This document shows positions 41,914-50,737 of a stretch of DNA of 64,000 nucleotides, one piece after another (the stretch's first letter is position 1; the number at the start of each line of letters is the position of its first letter). Source of the stretch: Dehalococcoidia bacterium (GTDB taxonomy: Bacteria; Chloroflexota; Dehalococcoidia; Bin125); NCBI GenBank assembly GCA_965209205.1, contig CBDBQC010000003.1, positions 532,433 to 596,432 of the forward strand. Reading direction: 5' to 3'. The translations under genes and the position numbers were made by a program. The notes under the pieces are model-generated. The model searched no databases, had not been told where the DNA came from, and saw only the letters and a list, made by a program, of their open reading frames with translations.

Positions 41914-42941
41914 CGGCCGCGACGCCGGCCCCGCTGCGCGACCGCCTGGGACGCCCCCTGCGCGACCTGCGCGTGTCGGTCACCGACCGCTGCAACTTCC
42001 GCTGCCGCTACTGCATGCCGCGTGAGGTCTTCGGCGCCGACTTCCAGTTCCTGCCCCGCGACCAGATCCTCAGCTTCGAGGAGATCACGCGGGTCGTGGC
42101 GATCCTGCACGGGCGCGGGCTGCGCAAGCTGCGCCTGACGGGCGGCGAGCCGCTGCTGCGCAGCGGGCTGCCGGCGCTGGTCGCGATGCTGCGCGCGCTG
42201 CCCGGCCTGGAGATCGCGCTGACCACCAACGCCTCGCTGCTGGCGGCGCAGGCGGCCGACCTGGCGGCGGCGGGGCTCGACCGCGTCACGGTCAGCCTGG
42301 ACAGCGTCGACGACGCCGTCTTCCGCGCCATGAACGACGCCGAGACGCCGGTCGCGCAGGTGCTGGGGGGCATCGAGGCGGCGGCCGCGGCCGGCCTGGG
42401 GCCGATCAAGATCAACGCCGTCGTGCGCCGCGGCGTCAACGACCACACCCTCGTCGACCTGGCGCGGCACTTCCACGGCAGCGGCCACAGCGTGCGCTTC
42501 ATCGAGTACATGGACGTCGGCGCCAGCAACGGCTGGCGGCTGGACGACGTGGTGCCGGGTGCGGAGATCGTGCGCCGCATCGACGCCGCGCTGCCCCTGG
42601 AGCCGGTCGAGCCCGCCTACCGGGGCGAGGTCGCGCGGCGCTGGCGCTACCGCGACGGCGGCGGCGAGATCGGCGTCATCACCTCCGTCTCGCAGCCCTT
42701 CTGCGGCGACTGCACGCGGGCCCGGCTGTCGGCCGAGGGCGTGCTCTACACCTGCCTCTTCGCGACCCAGGGCACGGACCTGCGCGCCCTCCTGCGCGGC
42801 GACGATCCCGACGCGCTGCGGCGTGAGTTGGAGGCGGTCTGGTCGGCGCGCGAGGACCGTTACTCGGAGTTGCGCGCGGCCGCCACGCCCGGCCTGCCCG
42901 AGCCGGGCCGCAAGATCGAGATGTCGTACATCGGTGGCTGA
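41910..42941 (+). CDS. moaA: GTP 3',8-cyclase
   Basis: [30 protein letters not shown]-terminal MSYIGG. Confidence 0.98.
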   Translation: MTAATPAPLRDRLGRPLRDLRVSVTDRCNFRCRYCMPREVFGADFQFLPRDQILSFEEITRVVAILHGRGLRKLRLTGGEPLLRSGLPALVAMLRALPGLEIALTTNASLLAAQAADLAAAGLDRVTVSLDSVDDAVFRAMNDAETPVAQVLGGIEAAAAAGLGPIKINAVVRRGVNDHTLVDLARHFHGSGHSVRFIEYMDVGASNGWRLDDVVPGAEIVRRIDAALPLEPVEPAYRGEVARRWRYRDGGGEIGVITSVSQPFCGDCTRARLSAEGVLYTCLFATQGTDLRALLRGDDPDALRRELEAVWSAREDRYSELRAAATPGLPEPGRKIEMSYIGG

Positions 42942-43461
42942 GGCCGCGCGCGGCGCGCCGGACGACCCGTCGCTGAGCCACGTCGACGCGGCCGGCCGGG
43001 CGCGCATGGTCGACGTCGGCGACAAGGAGGTGGGCGAGCGCGCCGCCGTCGCCGAGGGGCGCGTGCTGATGCAGGCCGAGACGGCGGCGCTGATCGCGAA
43101 CAACGCGCTCAAGAAGGGCGACCTGCTGACCACGGCCGAACTGGCCGGCGTCATGGCCGCCAAGCGCACGCACGAACTGATCCCGCTCTGCCACCCGCTG
43201 GCGCTGAGCCACGTCGGCGTCGAATGCGCGCTGGAGGCGGAGCCGGAGACGCCGCCCGGCTTCGGCGGCGCGGTCGCGATCCGGGCGCGCGTGCGCTGCC
43301 GCGGCCGCACCGGCGTGGAGATGGAGGCGCTGACGGCGGTCAGCGTCGCCGCCCTGACCGTCTACGACATGGCCAAGGCCGTCGATCGCGGCATGCGCAT
43401 CACGGACGTGCGGCTGCGCGAGAAGAGCGGCGGCCGCTCGGGCGAGATCCGGCTGGAGTAG
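42934..43461 (+). CDS. moaC: Cyclic pyranopterin monophosphate synthase
   Basis: [37 protein letters not shown]. Confidence 0.97.
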   Translation: MAEAARGAPDDPSLSHVDAAGRARMVDVGDKEVGERAAVAEGRVLMQAETAALIANNALKKGDLLTTAELAGVMAAKRTHELIPLCHPLALSHVGVECALEAEPETPPGFGGAVAIRARVRCRGRTGVEMEALTAVSVAALTVYDMAKAVDRGMRITDVRLREKSGGRSGEIRLE

Positions 43462-43524
43462 CGGGGGAACCGGCGGGAAACGCGACGCGCCCCCGGCCGC
43501 GACATGGAGCGGGGGCGAGATCTC

Positions 43525-43553
43525 GTAAGGGCGGTTCGCGAACCGCCCTTCCC
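43525..43553 (+). repeat. REP palindrome, copy 2
   Basis: GTAAGGGCGGTTCGCGAACCGCCCTTCCC, near-identical to the reverse complement of the copy at 35634-35662. Confidence 0.85.
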
Positions 43554-43571
43554 TAAGACCCTCTCCCCCTT

Positions 43572-44740
43572 GGAGACCTTTGCGTTACTCGGGGTGGGCG
43601 CGAAAAAGGGCGGCGTCCGGGCGGATCGGGGCGCGGGGAAGGCGGGAGTGGGCGGTTACGGGCGGCGCTTACGGAGCGCCGGCGGGCGGCGGGCGCACGG
43701 CGCCTACGCCGCGGCGAGGAGGCGTTCGGCGCGGCGCAGGTTGTAGGCCGAGAGCTTGAGCCAGAGCTCGGTCGCGTTGCGATCGAGGCCGGTGTAGCGC
43801 ACCCGCCGGTAGCCGTAGCTGCGCTTCAGCGTCCCGAAGACCTGCTCGACCGGCGCCCGCACCCGCGAGATCAGCGCGTTGCGCCGCCGCTGCCAGTGCG
43901 GCAGCGCCCGCTGGTGTTTGTGCGCGCGGTGCATGATCCGGTCCTTGACCCCCTGCGCCCGCAGTCGCGCGCGCCGGTCCTTCGACTCGTACGCCTTGTC
44001 GGCGTAGACCGCCGCCTCGTCGCCGCTCACCAAGCGGTCGGCGACCTCGGTGTCGTTCACGTTCGCCGGCGTCAGCAGCGCCCGGCGGATCAGGCCGGAG
44101 CCCCCGTCCATCGCGAGGTGCGCCTTGTAGCCGAAGGCGGCGCGGCCGCCCTTGCGGGTCCACGCGGCGTCGGGGTCGGTCGCACTGCGCGCGCCGGGGC
44201 CGCGCCCGTACGGCGGGCGCCGCACCGCCGCCTCGACGAGGGTGGCGTCCAGGAGCGTGCCCTCCTTGACGAGCAGCCCCCGCGCGTCGAGCTGGCGGGC
44301 GATTTCGTCGAACACGCGCTCGGCGAGGCCGCGCCCGGTGAGCTGGTGGCGGAAGCGGCTGATCGTCGAGTGGTCCGGGGTGCCGTCGTCCCAGCCGAGC
44401 CGGGCGAAGCGGCGGAACGAGATGCGGTCGCGCAGCGCCTCTTCGATGGCCGGGTCCGAGGCGTCGAACCACTGCTGCAGGAGCATGATCCGGAGCATCG
44501 ACAGCGGCGGGTAGGCGGGCCGGCCCTCCGGCGCCGCATGCACCTCCCCGACGATCGTGGCGATGCGCTCCCAGTCGAGCGCGGCGTCGAGCCGTTCGAG
44601 CACCGCGTTGCGGCCCATCCCCTCGGCCATCATCGCGTCCGCGAACGTGAGCTCCCCGGTCTGGCGGTACATGCGGCCCTCCCGCTGCCGTCCCCCCGCC
44701 ACTTACTCTGCCGCTTCCGGGGAGTTACGCAAAGGTCTCC
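43572..44740 (-). mobile_element. IS5-family insertion sequence, apparently complete (~1.17 kb)
   Basis: TIRs GGAGACCTTTGCGTTACTC (43572-43590) and GAGTTACGCAAAGGTCTCC (44722-44740), 18/19 match. Flanking duplication CTT (CCTTG if ends are set 1 bp inward). Confidence 0.95.
43704..44672 (-). CDS. IS5-family DDE transposase
   Basis: GRPAYP, PDHSTISRFR, LDATL, DPDA, GYKAH, YADKAY, RAPVEQVFG. Confidence 0.96.
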   Translation of the reverse strand: MYRQTGELTFADAMMAEGMGRNAVLERLDAALDWERIATIVGEVHAAPEGRPAYPPLSMLRIMLLQQWFDASDPAIEEALRDRISFRRFARLGWDDGTPDHSTISRFRHQLTGRGLAERVFDEIARQLDARGLLVKEGTLLDATLVEAAVRRPPYGRGPGARSATDPDAAWTRKGGRAAFGYKAHLAMDGGSGLIRRALLTPANVNDTEVADRLVSGDEAAVYADKAYESKDRRARLRAQGVKDRIMHRAHKHQRALPHWQRRRNALISRVRAPVEQVFGTLKRSYGYRRVRYTGLDRNATELWLKLSAYNLRRAERLLAAA

Positions 44741-44741
44741 C

Positions 44742-44820
44742 TTGGGGGAGAGGGTCGGGGTGAGGGGGTCCCAGCGGGCGCGCCCCCTCACCCTAACCCT
44801 CTCCCCAGGGGAGAGGGGAC
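44742..44820. repeat. BoxC-like purine/pyrimidine-biased repeat pair
   Basis: GGGGGAGAGGGTCGGGGTGAGGGG ... CCCCTCACCCTAACCCTCTCCCCAGGGGAGAGGG; first hairpin split by the IS. Confidence 0.75.
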
Positions 44821-44825
44821 CGGAG

Positions 44826-44896
44826 CCCCCTCTCCATCGGAAGAGATGGAGAGGGGGTTAGGGGGTGAGGTTCCCGCGCAGGGGGTGAGGTTCCCC
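44826..44896 (-). repeat. Hairpin repeat family A, copy 2
   Basis: CCCCCTCTCCATC-ggaaga-GATGGAGAGGGGG, then two GGGGGTGAGGTTCCC units. Confidence 0.85.
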
Positions 44897-44897
44897 G

Positions 44898-46895
44898 CTA
44901 CACGCCGGGCTTGCCCTCGAACCACGACCGGTACAGCGCCTGGGTGGCGGCGGTGCTGCTGTTGGTCGGACCGTAGCCCTTGATCCAGGGACGGTGGCCG
45001 ACGACCGGCCGGCCCCAACAATAGTAGATTTGGGGGTTGTGCTCTTCGACCAGCTTGGTCTGGATCTCGTCGTAGATCGGCACCCGGTTCTCGGTGCCGA
45101 TGGTCGTGCGTCCCTGCTCCAGCAGCGCGTCGATCTCGGGGTCCGAGAACTCGCCCCAAGCCCGCGCGCCGTCGGTGTGGTGGCCGTTGTGGAGGGCGTC
45201 GGGGTCGAACGCGCCTCCGAGGCCATCGTGGTGGATGGAGAAGTTCCCTACCTGCTTCCTGGAGTGCGACTCCGCGTTGGCAAGCTCCTCAAGACCGACC
45301 TCGAAGCCGATTTCGGCAACGTTCTGCTGGATCACCTGCGCGTACGCGGTGACTCCGTCCCAGCAGGTCATCGGCGGCACACTGGCTGGGTCGTAGCCGC
45401 TGGCGTCGAGCAGCCGCCGGCCCTCGGCCAGATCCTCCTCGCGCAGCGCGTCGGAGCGGTAGCCGGGCAGTTGGCGCAGCTCGTCCGGGGTCCAGGCGTA
45501 GACGCCGGCCGCGTGGGTGATCGGCCCGCCGATCTCCAGGAAGCCTTGGGCCACCGCGAGGATGTGTTCCCGGTTGACGGCCAGATGCAGGGCGAGGCGC
45601 ACGCGCGGGTCGGTGTAGGGCTCGACCTTGGTGTGGATGTGCATCGCGATGCTCCAGCTCGCGTTCATGGGCAGGTCGACGATGTTCTCCTCGCCGACTT
45701 GGGCCCGCACGGCATCGTTCGCTGCCGGGGTGCCGAACCACGGCTCGTCAAGTATGTCCGCCTCGCCGGCGACGTACTGCGCGGCCCGGTACGCCGCGTC
45801 GGTATTCCAGTTCGACCGGAACCCATCGAAGTAGGGGAGCGGGTTGCGGAAGTAGTTGGGGTTGCGTTCGAGCTCGGTGAGCACGCCGGGCTCACGGGAG
45901 ACATATTGCATGCCGCCGGTACCGACGGCTGCCTCGGGGTTGGTGGCGAGGCCGTCGTTGCCGAAGGCCTCGATCACGTCGCGTGAGATCATCAGCATCT
46001 GGATCTCGCCGACCGCGGTGAGCAGCGGCGAGAACACCTCTTTCGTCTTGAGGCGCATGGTGAACTCGTCGGTGACCTCGAACTGGTCGACGCTGGAGAA
46101 GCGGTCTCTCCAGATGAACTCGGGGTTGTCCTCGCCGAAGCGGGCGAGTCCGAAGGCGGCGTCCTCGGCGACGAACTGGCGGCCGTTCAGCGGGGGCTTG
46201 TCCTGCCAGTACACGTTCGGCTTGATGTTGTAGATGAAGGTGAGGTCATCGACGACCTCGGGCAGTTCCGCCATCGCGGAGGTGAGCACCCCGCCGTTAT
46301 CGAGGTAGTTGAGGTGGTCGTAGATCGGGAGCCAGCTGCTGTCGAAGCCGCCGTGGTCGGAGACGGCCGGGTCGAGGATGCCTCCATCCCATGCCGGGAA
46401 GTTGAGGACGCCTCCGTGCCGCGGGCCGGTGGCCGGGGCCTCGTCCTCGTCGCCCATGGTGGCGGCGTCGGCGGCCTCGCGGGCGGCCTGGGCGGCGTCC
46501 TCGGCGGCGGCGGCGGCAGCAGCGGCCGCGTCGGCGGCGGCTTGCGCCTGCTCGGCGCCGGCATCGCGGGCGGCTTCGGCGGCAGCGGTGGCCGCAGCCG
46601 CCGCTGCCTCGGCGACCGCGGCGGCGCCGGCATCCCCCGCGGCGGCGGCCGCAGCGGCAGCCTCTTCCGCGGCCGCGGCCGCGCGTTCCGCCGCGGCCGC
46701 GGCGGAGCTCGAGTCGCCGGCGGCGGCGGCGGCCTCGGCCGCAGCGGCGTCGCCCGCGCCCCCGTCGTCATCGTCGTCGCCGCCGCAGCCGACGAGCGCC
46801 AGCCCAGCGGCGCCAACGCCGGCTTTGGCGCTGGCTCCCAACATGGTGCGGCGCGAGATCTTTCGCTGTCGCAGGGCGGTCCAGTGGTTGCTCAT
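44898..46895 (-). CDS. ABC transporter substrate-binding lipoprotein, family 5, Tat signal
   Basis: ISRRTML + LVGC lipobox, long Ala-rich linker, PRHGG, LDP, GRQFVAED, GTG, RNPNYF, DPRVRLAL. Confidence 0.93.
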   Translation of the reverse strand: MSNHWTALRQRKISRRTMLGASAKAGVGAAGLALVGCGGDDDDDGGAGDAAAAEAAAAAGDSSSAAAAAERAAAAAEEAAAAAAAAGDAGAAAVAEAAAAAATAAAEAARDAGAEQAQAAADAAAAAAAAAEDAAQAAREAADAATMGDEDEAPATGPRHGGVLNFPAWDGGILDPAVSDHGGFDSSWLPIYDHLNYLDNGGVLTSAMAELPEVVDDLTFIYNIKPNVYWQDKPPLNGRQFVAEDAAFGLARFGEDNPEFIWRDRFSSVDQFEVTDEFTMRLKTKEVFSPLLTAVGEIQMLMISRDVIEAFGNDGLATNPEAAVGTGGMQYVSREPGVLTELERNPNYFRNPLPYFDGFRSNWNTDAAYRAAQYVAGEADILDEPWFGTPAANDAVRAQVGEENIVDLPMNASWSIAMHIHTKVEPYTDPRVRLALHLAVNREHILAVAQGFLEIGGPITHAAGVYAWTPDELRQLPGYRSDALREEDLAEGRRLLDASGYDPASVPPMTCWDGVTAYAQVIQQNVAEIGFEVGLEELANAESHSRKQVGNFSIHHDGLGGAFDPDALHNGHHTDGARAWGEFSDPEIDALLEQGRTTIGTENRVPIYDEIQTKLVEEHNPQIYYCWGRPVVGHRPWIKGYGPTNSSTAATQALYRSWFEGKPGV

Positions 46896-47114
46896 GGTTG
46901 ATTCCCTTCTGTGGAGCGCGGACGCCGGCCACATGGGGACGGGCTCGCGAAACCGGAGCGCCCGCATGGTGACGCCTAAGGGAACAGCCGGTCAAGGGTT
47001 CAGGCTCAAGCGATTTCTTGACATTTGACGGAATAGGTGATGCGGGCGACGGTCCCCCCCTGTCCATGCTCCGCCGGCGGGTGGAGAGGTTCTGGCCCCT
47101 GCGGCGGCGGCCGG

Positions 47115-47279
47115 AACCTCACCCCCTAACCCCCTCTCCATTGCAGAGCAATGGAGAGGGGGGATCGGAGGACTAGGGAGTAGAGCGGCCCGCCGACTCC
47201 AGAGCGCTCCGCTCGATTCCCCTTCCGGTTCCCCCTCTCCAGCGTTTCAGCTGGAGAGGGGGCCAGGGGGTGAGGTTCT
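47115..47279. repeat. Hairpin repeat family A, copies 3 and 4 (inverted pair)
   Basis: 47115-47163 (+) stem CCCCCTCTCCATTGC/GCAATGGAGAGGGGG; 47221-47279 (-) stem CCCCCTCTCCAGC/GCTGGAGAGGGGG. Confidence 0.85.
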
Positions 47280-47326
47280 GCACGTCGCGCGCCGGGGGCT
47301 CTCCAGCGCTGCCGCCGGAAGGGGCG

Positions 47327-47734
47327 TCAGGGGGTGAGGTTCTCCCGCTGCGCCAGCAGCGCCGTCACGGCGCGCAGGCCCTGCTCCGCCAGCAGCAGCC
47401 GATCGAGCGGCGCCGGCTGGATATCGACGAGGCGCTCCTCGCGCATCGAGACCGGGTCGGGCGGGCCGATGGCGGGCCCCTCGGCATCGAAGCCGATCTG
47501 CAGCTCCTTGAGTTCGCCCGTCTCCGTCACGACGACGCAGCCCAGGCTGCGGTCGCGCACGCCCTCGGCCTCCACCTCGACGCCGTAGCTGAACAGCGCG
47601 CCGGGGAAGGGCGGGAAGGGGCGCAGTCGCCGGGCGGCGTCGCGCAGCAGCGCCTCGAGGTCGTCGGTGGCCTGCTCCAGGATGCGGTCGGCCGCGCGCA
47701 GGTCCGCGCGGGCCGCAGGGGGGAGGTCGGTCAT
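47327..47734 (-). CDS. Hypothetical protein
   Basis: 135-aa ORF with host-like codon usage (PFPPFPG, GCVVV); leaderless -10 TATCAT 7 nt upstream. Confidence 0.75.
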   Translation of the reverse strand: MTDLPPAARADLRAADRILEQATDDLEALLRDAARRLRPFPPFPGALFSYGVEVEAEGVRDRSLGCVVVTETGELKELQIGFDAEGPAIGPPDPVSMREERLVDIQPAPLDRLLLAEQGLRAVTALLAQRENLTP

Positions 47735-47804
47735 GCCCGTGATGATACGCCCGTCAGGCTGCGCCCGTGATGATGCGCCCGTGATGATGCGCCACTGATC
47801 ATAG
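47735..47804. repeat. 14-bp tandem repeat x5 (consensus GCCCGTGATGATGC)
   Basis: Units start at 47735, 47749, 47763, 47777 and 47791, in a divergent intergenic region. Confidence 0.9.
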
Positions 47805-47883
47805 CGAGGCGCCGGCGGCCCGCGGCCGTCTGGCCTCGGCGGCGCCCGCGCGATAAGCTACGCGCATCGGGGCGGCGGAAGGT

Positions 47884-50676
47884 GTGGGCCGCGTGGCTGC
47901 GGAGAACTGGACCGCCCAACTCCATATCACCGACGGTCTCGCCAGCGAGGATGCGCCGGAGATCGCGTACGCCGAGCGGCGCGACGCGCTGGGCCGCCCG
48001 GCCGCGCTGTACATCCTGGCGGAGCCCGACCGTCCCGGCAGCGAGCCCTACATCGGCGACCTCGTCAGCCGCATCGGCGAGGACTTCCTCGAGGGCGACG
48101 GATCGCTGACCGGGGTGCTGCAGCGCGTGATCCGCGAGCGGCACGCGGAGTTGCTCGACTGGAACCGCACCAGCCTGCCGCGCGACCAGGCCAGCTACGG
48201 CCTCTCCTGCCTCGTCGTGCACGAGGGCGAAGTCTTCCTGATGCAGGTCGGGCCCTGCCTCGCCTACTACCGCCGCGGCGAGCGCCTGCTGCGCCGGCGG
48301 CCCACGTCCGACGCGGCGGCCGCGGCCCTGGGCGCCGCCGACACCTCGGCGCCCGAGTTCTCGCAGCTGCGGCTGGGCGGCGACGACTGGGTGCTGCTGA
48401 TCAGCAGCGACGTCGCGCGCACGGTCGGCGAGGAGGCGATCGGCGCGCTGCGCGATCGGCCCGCCGAGGACGTGCTGCCCGCGCTGTACCCCAAACTGCG
48501 CGCGCTGCCGCGGGTCTCGGCGCTGGTCGTCGCGCTGGGGGGACCGCCCGCGCCCGGCCCGGCGGAGACGGCCGCGCGCATCGAAGCGGAGGCGCCGGCG
48601 CCCGTCGCGAGCCGGCCGCCGCCCGCGCGCGACTGGTCGCGGGAGGAGGCCGCCGCCCCCGGCCCCCAGATCGACGACCCATCCGCCGACGGCCCGGCGG
48701 GCGACTCCGCCGTCGACCCCGCTGATGATCCGTACGGCGATCCGTACGGCGATCCGTACGACGATCTCTACGACGACTTCCCCGAGCGCACCTCGGTGCG
48801 CGACGCGATCGGCGGCCTGTTCTCGGGTCTGACCGGCTTCCTGCGCCGCAAGCCGCGCGGCCCCGACCCCTGGACCGAGGCCGGCGACGAGGAAGAGGAG
48901 ACGGAGTGGCCGGGGCCGAGTTGGACGGCCAGCCCCATCTCCGATCCCGAAGTCGCCGTGAGCGACGCCGAGGACGTCGCGGCCGGGGACGGGCCCGCGG
49001 ACGCTGAACTCGAGGACGACGACGAGCGCCCGGACGAGGCGCCGTCGGACGAGGCGCCCCCCGAGGAGGAGCCGGCGCAGGAGGAGCCCGCCGACGCCGA
49101 GCCCCCAGACGACGCCGCCGGCGCCGGCGCCGGCGACGACGGCCCGGAGTCCGCCGGCGAACCGCCGGACGACGCCGCGGACTCCGCCGCGGACCCGGAC
49201 GCAGACCCGGACGCCACCGAGGATCCGGCCGAGGAACCCGCCGCGGGCGAGGACGACGGCGCGCCCGGCTCGGCCCGCAGCGTCGAATACCGGCTGGCGC
49301 AGGACGAGGGCGGCCCCGGCGCCCTGCAGCCGCAGGCGGCCGGCTGGCCCGCGAACCCCTTCAACACGCCCGCCGCGCCGGTCCTGGAGACCGGCGGGGA
49401 CGCCGACAGCGCCCGCTTCCCGCTGCCCATGTTCCGCCTGGAGGGGCGCGTGCCGCGCTTCCGCCGCCGGCGCCGCGAGTCCGACGCCGAGCGGACCGGC
49501 GAGGCGGTCGCGCCGCGCCGCGGCTGGGGCGCCCTGGCCCTGGCCGTGCTGGCCGTGATCGCGGTGCTGGCGGTCGTCGTGGGGGTGCTGCTGGTCCCGG
49601 ATCTGCTCGAGAACTCCGAGCAGCGCCGCTTCGAGGAACTGCTCGAGGACACGCGCCGGGGGCTCACGGCCGCCTCGCTGACCAGCGACCCGACGGCCGG
49701 CCGCGCCGAGTTGAGCGACGCCCATCTGGCGATCGCGGCGGCGCTGGAGCTGCGCCCCCTCGACGAGAGCGCGCTGGCCCTGCAAGGGGAGGTCGCGACG
49801 GCGCTGTCGCAGATCAACGCCGTCGTGCGGCCGCCCGACCTGGTGCAGGTGGCGAACCTCGCCGCGATCGTGCCGCCGCCGCTGGCGCTGTCGCTGGTGC
49901 AGGTCGGGGGCGCATCGCTCTACCTGCTGGATGAGAGCGGGGCGCGGGTCTTCGCCCTGCCCCTGGCGGGCGGCGACCCGGAGGTGGTCTTCGCGGCCGG
50001 CGATCGCTACCCGGTGCTGTCCCTGGCCGCCGATCAGGAGGCGGGCGCGCCTGTGGGGATGCACTGGGCGAGCGGCGCGGCGGGGCCGGCGCTGACGATC
50101 CTGGACGACAACGGCCACCTCTTCCGCTTCCTGCCCGGGCAGGGCGCGCAGGCCCTGACGATGCCCAGCCGGGAGCTGATCGGCTCGCCCGACGCGGTCG
50201 CGGTCGACGCCGGCGGCATCCACGTCCTGGACGTGGCCGGCGGCGCCATCTGGCGCTTCCCGCAACTCGCCGACGGGACGCTGCTGGAGCCGCAGCTCGC
50301 CATCACGCGCACCGACCTCAGCGCGGCCGGGTCGCTGGCGGTCGGCGACTCCCTGTTCGTGGCCGGCGCCGACGGCCGCATCCGCCGCTTCAGCGACGGC
50401 GCCGACCAGGGCTTCCCGCTGCTCGCCCTCGACCGCCCGCTGCTCGTGCCCGACTCGCTGGCCGTCGGCGCGCTGACGGGGCTGGTCTACACCGTCGACC
50501 GCGGCAATAATCGCGTGGCGGTGTTCAGCGCCGCGGGCGAGTTGGTCGTGCAGCTGCGCGCCGACGAACTCAGCGGCGTGCGCGGCGTGGCGCCGGACGA
50601 ACGCAACGGCCGGCTCTACTTCGTGACCGCGGATACGCTGCTCGCGTCGGCGCTGCCGCCGATCATCGGCAACTGA
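47884..50676 (+). CDS. Membrane protein: degenerate PP2C-like domain, acidic linker, TM, helical segment, NHL-like beta-propeller
   Basis: LYILAE, LMQVGP, VLLISSD N-domain; RRRRR then TM; repeats LYLLD, IHVLD, VYTVDRGNNRVAVF. Confidence 0.8.
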   Translation: MGRVAAENWTAQLHITDGLASEDAPEIAYAERRDALGRPAALYILAEPDRPGSEPYIGDLVSRIGEDFLEGDGSLTGVLQRVIRERHAELLDWNRTSLPRDQASYGLSCLVVHEGEVFLMQVGPCLAYYRRGERLLRRRPTSDAAAAALGAADTSAPEFSQLRLGGDDWVLLISSDVARTVGEEAIGALRDRPAEDVLPALYPKLRALPRVSALVVALGGPPAPGPAETAARIEAEAPAPVASRPPPARDWSREEAAAPGPQIDDPSADGPAGDSAVDPADDPYGDPYGDPYDDLYDDFPERTSVRDAIGGLFSGLTGFLRRKPRGPDPWTEAGDEEEETEWPGPSWTASPISDPEVAVSDAEDVAAGDGPADAELEDDDERPDEAPSDEAPPEEEPAQEEPADAEPPDDAAGAGAGDDGPESAGEPPDDAADSAADPDADPDATEDPAEEPAAGEDDGAPGSARSVEYRLAQDEGGPGALQPQAAGWPANPFNTPAAPVLETGGDADSARFPLPMFRLEGRVPRFRRRRRESDAERTGEAVAPRRGWGALALAVLAVIAVLAVVVGVLLVPDLLENSEQRRFEELLEDTRRGLTAASLTSDPTAGRAELSDAHLAIAAALELRPLDESALALQGEVATALSQINAVVRPPDLVQVANLAAIVPPPLALSLVQVGGASLYLLDESGARVFALPLAGGDPEVVFAAGDRYPVLSLAADQEAGAPVGMHWASGAAGPALTILDDNGHLFRFLPGQGAQALTMPSRELIGSPDAVAVDAGGIHVLDVAGGAIWRFPQLADGTLLEPQLAITRTDLSAAGSLAVGDSLFVAGADGRIRRFSDGADQGFPLLALDRPLLVPDSLAVGALTGLVYTVDRGNNRVAVFSAAGELVVQLRADELSGVRGVAPDERNGRLYFVTADTLLASALPPIIGN

Positions 50677-50737
50677 GGCCGGCGCGGGGCGGCTGCGATC
50701 GGATCGGGCAGCGGAGAGGGACCGTCGAGCGGGGGCC

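Noticed and set aside
44740-47804. CRISPR array
   Set aside because: Repeats are palindromic or directly tandem, without regular unique spacers; no cas genes seen.
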